54,155 nt of DNA from contig JAFDVN010000071.1 in NCBI GenBank assembly GCA_018269025.1, forward strand, positions 1 to 54,155. The letters run 5' to 3'. Shown here piece after piece: positions 52,089-54,155 of the stretch (position 1 is its first letter; each line of letters begins with the position of its first letter). This DNA comes from Acidobacteriota bacterium (GTDB taxonomy: Bacteria; Acidobacteriota; Holophagae; Holophagales; Holophagaceae). The position numbers were made by a program, and so were the translations under genes. Under the pieces are notes generated by a model that had not been told where the DNA came from, searched no databases, and saw nothing but the letters and a program-made list of their open reading frames with translations.

Positions 52089-52460
52089 AAGGCTCCGCCT
52101 CCGCGAGCTGTGGCGAGCGGGAGCGTCGTCCGGTGGACGACGCGTCAGGCGGAGGGACCGCCGGATTGGAAGCGGTTGCCGCACCTTCTCCACCAAGCTC
52201 AGGTTCGCGCGAGGCTACGAGGGGATGCACCGTCCATGGTGCATCCATCCTCAAGAACCTCAAGCGGGACAAGGCTTCCCTTGAATCACCCGCTGTCAGG
52301 TTTCCACGGTCGCGGATGCAATCCGGATCACGGCGGTCCCCCATCCCCAGCATTCATGGGCCAATCCTGGGGTCCGCCCCTCGAAAAAAAATTTCGCAGA
52401 GGTCTTCCCATGCGCGATTCCGCTGCTAGCATCCTCTCAACCTTCTTCACAGGAGCACAC

Positions 52461-52754
52461 ATGGCCAAGGCCGAGAACATCTCCCTCCGTGAACTGTCCG
52501 ACAAGCTCGCTGACGAGCTCGGCGTTTCCAAGGCTGCGTCCTACGAGGGCCTCAAAGAGGTCTTCGAGCATGTCGCCAAGACGGTTCACAGCGGGGCCCG
52601 CGTCTCCATCTTTGGGTTCGGCACCTTCTCTCTGAAGGAGCGCAAGGCCCGCACGGGCCGCAACCCCCAGACTGGCGCGACCATCAAGATCGCCGCTTCC
52701 AAGAGCATCGGCTTCAAGCCCGCTTCTTCCCAGAAGAAGACCGGCAAGAAGTAG
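52461..52754 (+). CDS. hup: HU/IHF-family nucleoid-associated DNA-binding protein
   Basis: FGFGTFSLKERKARTGRNPQTGATIKIAASK arm motif. Start at MAKAENISLREL with AGGAG 6 nt upstream. Confidence 0.9.
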   Translation: MAKAENISLRELSDKLADELGVSKAASYEGLKEVFEHVAKTVHSGARVSIFGFGTFSLKERKARTGRNPQTGATIKIAASKSIGFKPASSQKKTGKK

Positions 52755-52779
52755 TCCGCTCGAGGAATTCGAATCACCT

Positions 52780-52805
52780 GAAAGCCCGCCGCGAGGCGGG
52801 CTTTC
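52780..52805. terminator. bidirectional terminator between the HU and Sir2 genes
   Basis: GAAAGCCCGCC-GCGA-GGCGGGCTTTC followed by T-rich sequence. Confidence 0.85.
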
Positions 52806-52806
52806 T

Positions 52807-53511
52807 TCATGCTTCGAGCAGCTCGCGGACGAGACCCGGCACCACTTCCGTCGCGGGACCGACGCGATGTTCCCGGAAGGCGTTCGCCATGGAGCTCCGT
52901 TCCAGATTCACCTCGATGGTTCGCGCGGAGCGCGGCGTGGCACCGACGAGCCCCGCGGCCGGATAGACGACGCCGCTGGTGCCAATGGCGACGAAGAGTC
53001 CACACCGGCTTACCGCGTCGAAGATGGTCGGGAGGCCAAGGGGTTCCTCGCCGAACCAGACGATGTGCGGGCGCAGCGATCGTGCCCCGCAAGCAGGGCA
53101 GGGTGGCCGGGGTTCGAGATCCTCCGCCCAGGCCATCACCGTCCGGCAAGCCTCGCAGCGGGCCTTGCGAAGTTCGCCGTGCATGGAGAGGACCTTTCGG
53201 GACCCCGCCCGCTCGTGAAGATCGTCCACATTCTGGGTGACGAGCAGCACCTCCCCGGGCCAATCCTGTTCCAGGCGGGCGAGGGCAAGGTGCGCCGCGT
53301 TGGGTTCCACGGTCCTCAGTTGGCGGCGCCGGGCGTCGTAGAAGCGCTGCACGAGATCGGGGTTGCGCGCGAAGGCCTCCGGGGTCGCCACCTCCTCCAC
53401 GCGATGGCCTTCCCACAGTCCCCCCGCGTCGCGAAAGGTGCGAAGCCCACTCTCGGCGGAAATCCCTGCGCCGGTGAGGACGACGATGGAAGCATCCGGG
53501 GCGATCTGCAT
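52807..53511 (-). CDS. cobB: NAD-dependent protein deacylase (Sir2/CobB family)
   Basis: TGAGISAESGLRTFRD, QNVDDLHERAG, zinc-ribbon cysteines C..C...C..C, GTSGVVYPAA. Confidence 0.9.
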   Translation of the reverse strand: MQIAPDASIVVLTGAGISAESGLRTFRDAGGLWEGHRVEEVATPEAFARNPDLVQRFYDARRRQLRTVEPNAAHLALARLEQDWPGEVLLVTQNVDDLHERAGSRKVLSMHGELRKARCEACRTVMAWAEDLEPRPPCPACGARSLRPHIVWFGEEPLGLPTIFDAVSRCGLFVAIGTSGVVYPAAGLVGATPRSARTIEVNLERSSMANAFREHRVGPATEVVPGLVRELLEA

Positions 53512-53527
53512 GGCCTATGATCCTCCC

Positions 53528-53668
53528 ATGGACGCTGCTTCCTTCGACCTCGTCGCCACCCATCATGTCGCGACCAGGACGGGTCTCACTTGGCGCACTG
53601 CGTCAAGTGAGGGGAACCCGTCGGGAGCGAGTCCGTCGCCAGTGGGCCTAGACTGGTCCCATGCCTGA
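53528..53668 (+). other. 46-codon upstream ORF whose N-terminus duplicates the thioesterase start; its stop overlaps the real ATG (ATGCCTGA)
   Basis: MDAASFDLVATHHVATR... versus the real MPEATFDLVATHHVLTL.... A 28-nt identical run CCTTCGACCTCGTCGCCACCCATCATGT occurs at 53541-53568 and 53674-53701. Confidence 0.7.
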
Positions 53669-54065
53669 AGCCACCTTCGACCTCGTCGCCACCCATCATG
53701 TTCTGACCCTCCACTTGGGCGTGGCGGGCACACTCTTTGGGGGAACGCTGCTCGCGTGGGTGGACGAAGCCGCCGCGCTCTACGCCACCCGCGCCGCCGA
53801 CAACCGCTTCGTCACCTTCGAGTTGGAACGGGTGCGCTTCCTCCTGCCCTGCTTCATGGGCGATGTGGTGGATGTGTGCGCGCGACCCATCCAGGCCACC
53901 ACTTCAGGACTCGAGCTGGAAGTGAAAGCCGCGCGTCTCCGGGCGGATGGCAGCGAAGAAGTGGTGCTCAGCACCCGCGCCGTGATGGTGGCGGTGGATG
54001 GGGATGGAAAGAAGACGCCGATCAAGTTCAGGCCGGGATGGGCGGCGCGGTTCGGGAAGGCGTGA
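53661..54065 (+). CDS. hotdog-fold acyl-CoA thioesterase (YciA/4HBT-like)
   Basis: GTLFGGTLLAWVDEAA motif, about 134 aa, typical of the family. Confidence 0.8.
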   Translation: MPEATFDLVATHHVLTLHLGVAGTLFGGTLLAWVDEAAALYATRAADNRFVTFELERVRFLLPCFMGDVVDVCARPIQATTSGLELEVKAARLRADGSEEVVLSTRAVMVAVDGDGKKTPIKFRPGWAARFGKA

Positions 54066-54155
54066 CGACGACGGGTGCGCCCATCTGGATTCGAACCCCT
54101 TGCCGTCATCGGTTCGCGCTTTGGACCGCTCCGACAGCGCCTGTGCGCTGTCTCC

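Noticed and set aside
54075-54148. tRNA-like segment on the minus strand (GGTTCGAATCC T-loop consensus, 6 of 7 acceptor pairs possible)
   Set aside because: The T-stem has only 2 of 5 pairs. The D-arm and anticodon-arm models conflict. The putative anticodon loop lacks U33. The 3' end reads CCC rather than CCA, and the window ends here. At most it is a decayed tRNA relic or another RNA I cannot identify.

Overview
GC-rich (about two-thirds G+C by eye), densely coding bacterial chromosomal segment. I support about 50 protein genes and one tRNA-His. I see no rRNA, CRISPR array, transposase or integrase. Because of the GC content, almost every real gene has a long antisense or out-of-frame shadow ORF in the track; I called genes by recognisable family motifs, start context and tight packing.

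Housekeeping backbone: thiG (fragment), a cystathionine-family PLP enzyme, ansA, serS, ppiD, def-fmt, cdd, ribE, uppS-cdsA-dxr-rseP, smpB, a PduO-type adenosyltransferase, an amgK/murU-like pair, htrA, HU, a Sir2 deacylase and a hotdog thioesterase.

Signalling and polarity-type proteins are interspersed: two Ser/Thr kinases (one a HAMP-containing receptor kinase), TetR, MocR and OmpR regulators, a RomR-like response regulator, a FrzS/AglZ-like pseudo-receiver coiled-coil protein, and an MglA-family GTPase fused to a coiled coil and a PAS domain.

Most unusual observations:
1. The MglA-coiled-coil-PAS fusion has no adjacent MglB.
2. Two separate genes (uppS and the thioesterase) have their first 10-14 codons duplicated directly upstream as start-codon-bearing mini-ORFs.
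3. A family of 7-bp-periodic intergenic arrays occurs at seven or more junctions, some as inverted pairs, alongside long inverted-repeat elements.
4. tRNA-His is followed by a terminator and then an inverted copy of its own 3' end.
5. A lower-GC, AT-rich-promoter-driven giant Ig-repeat/beta-helix lipoprotein gene and two small lower-GC membrane ORFs are wedged between core genes.

All functional calls rest on motif recognition by eye; no database searches were run.
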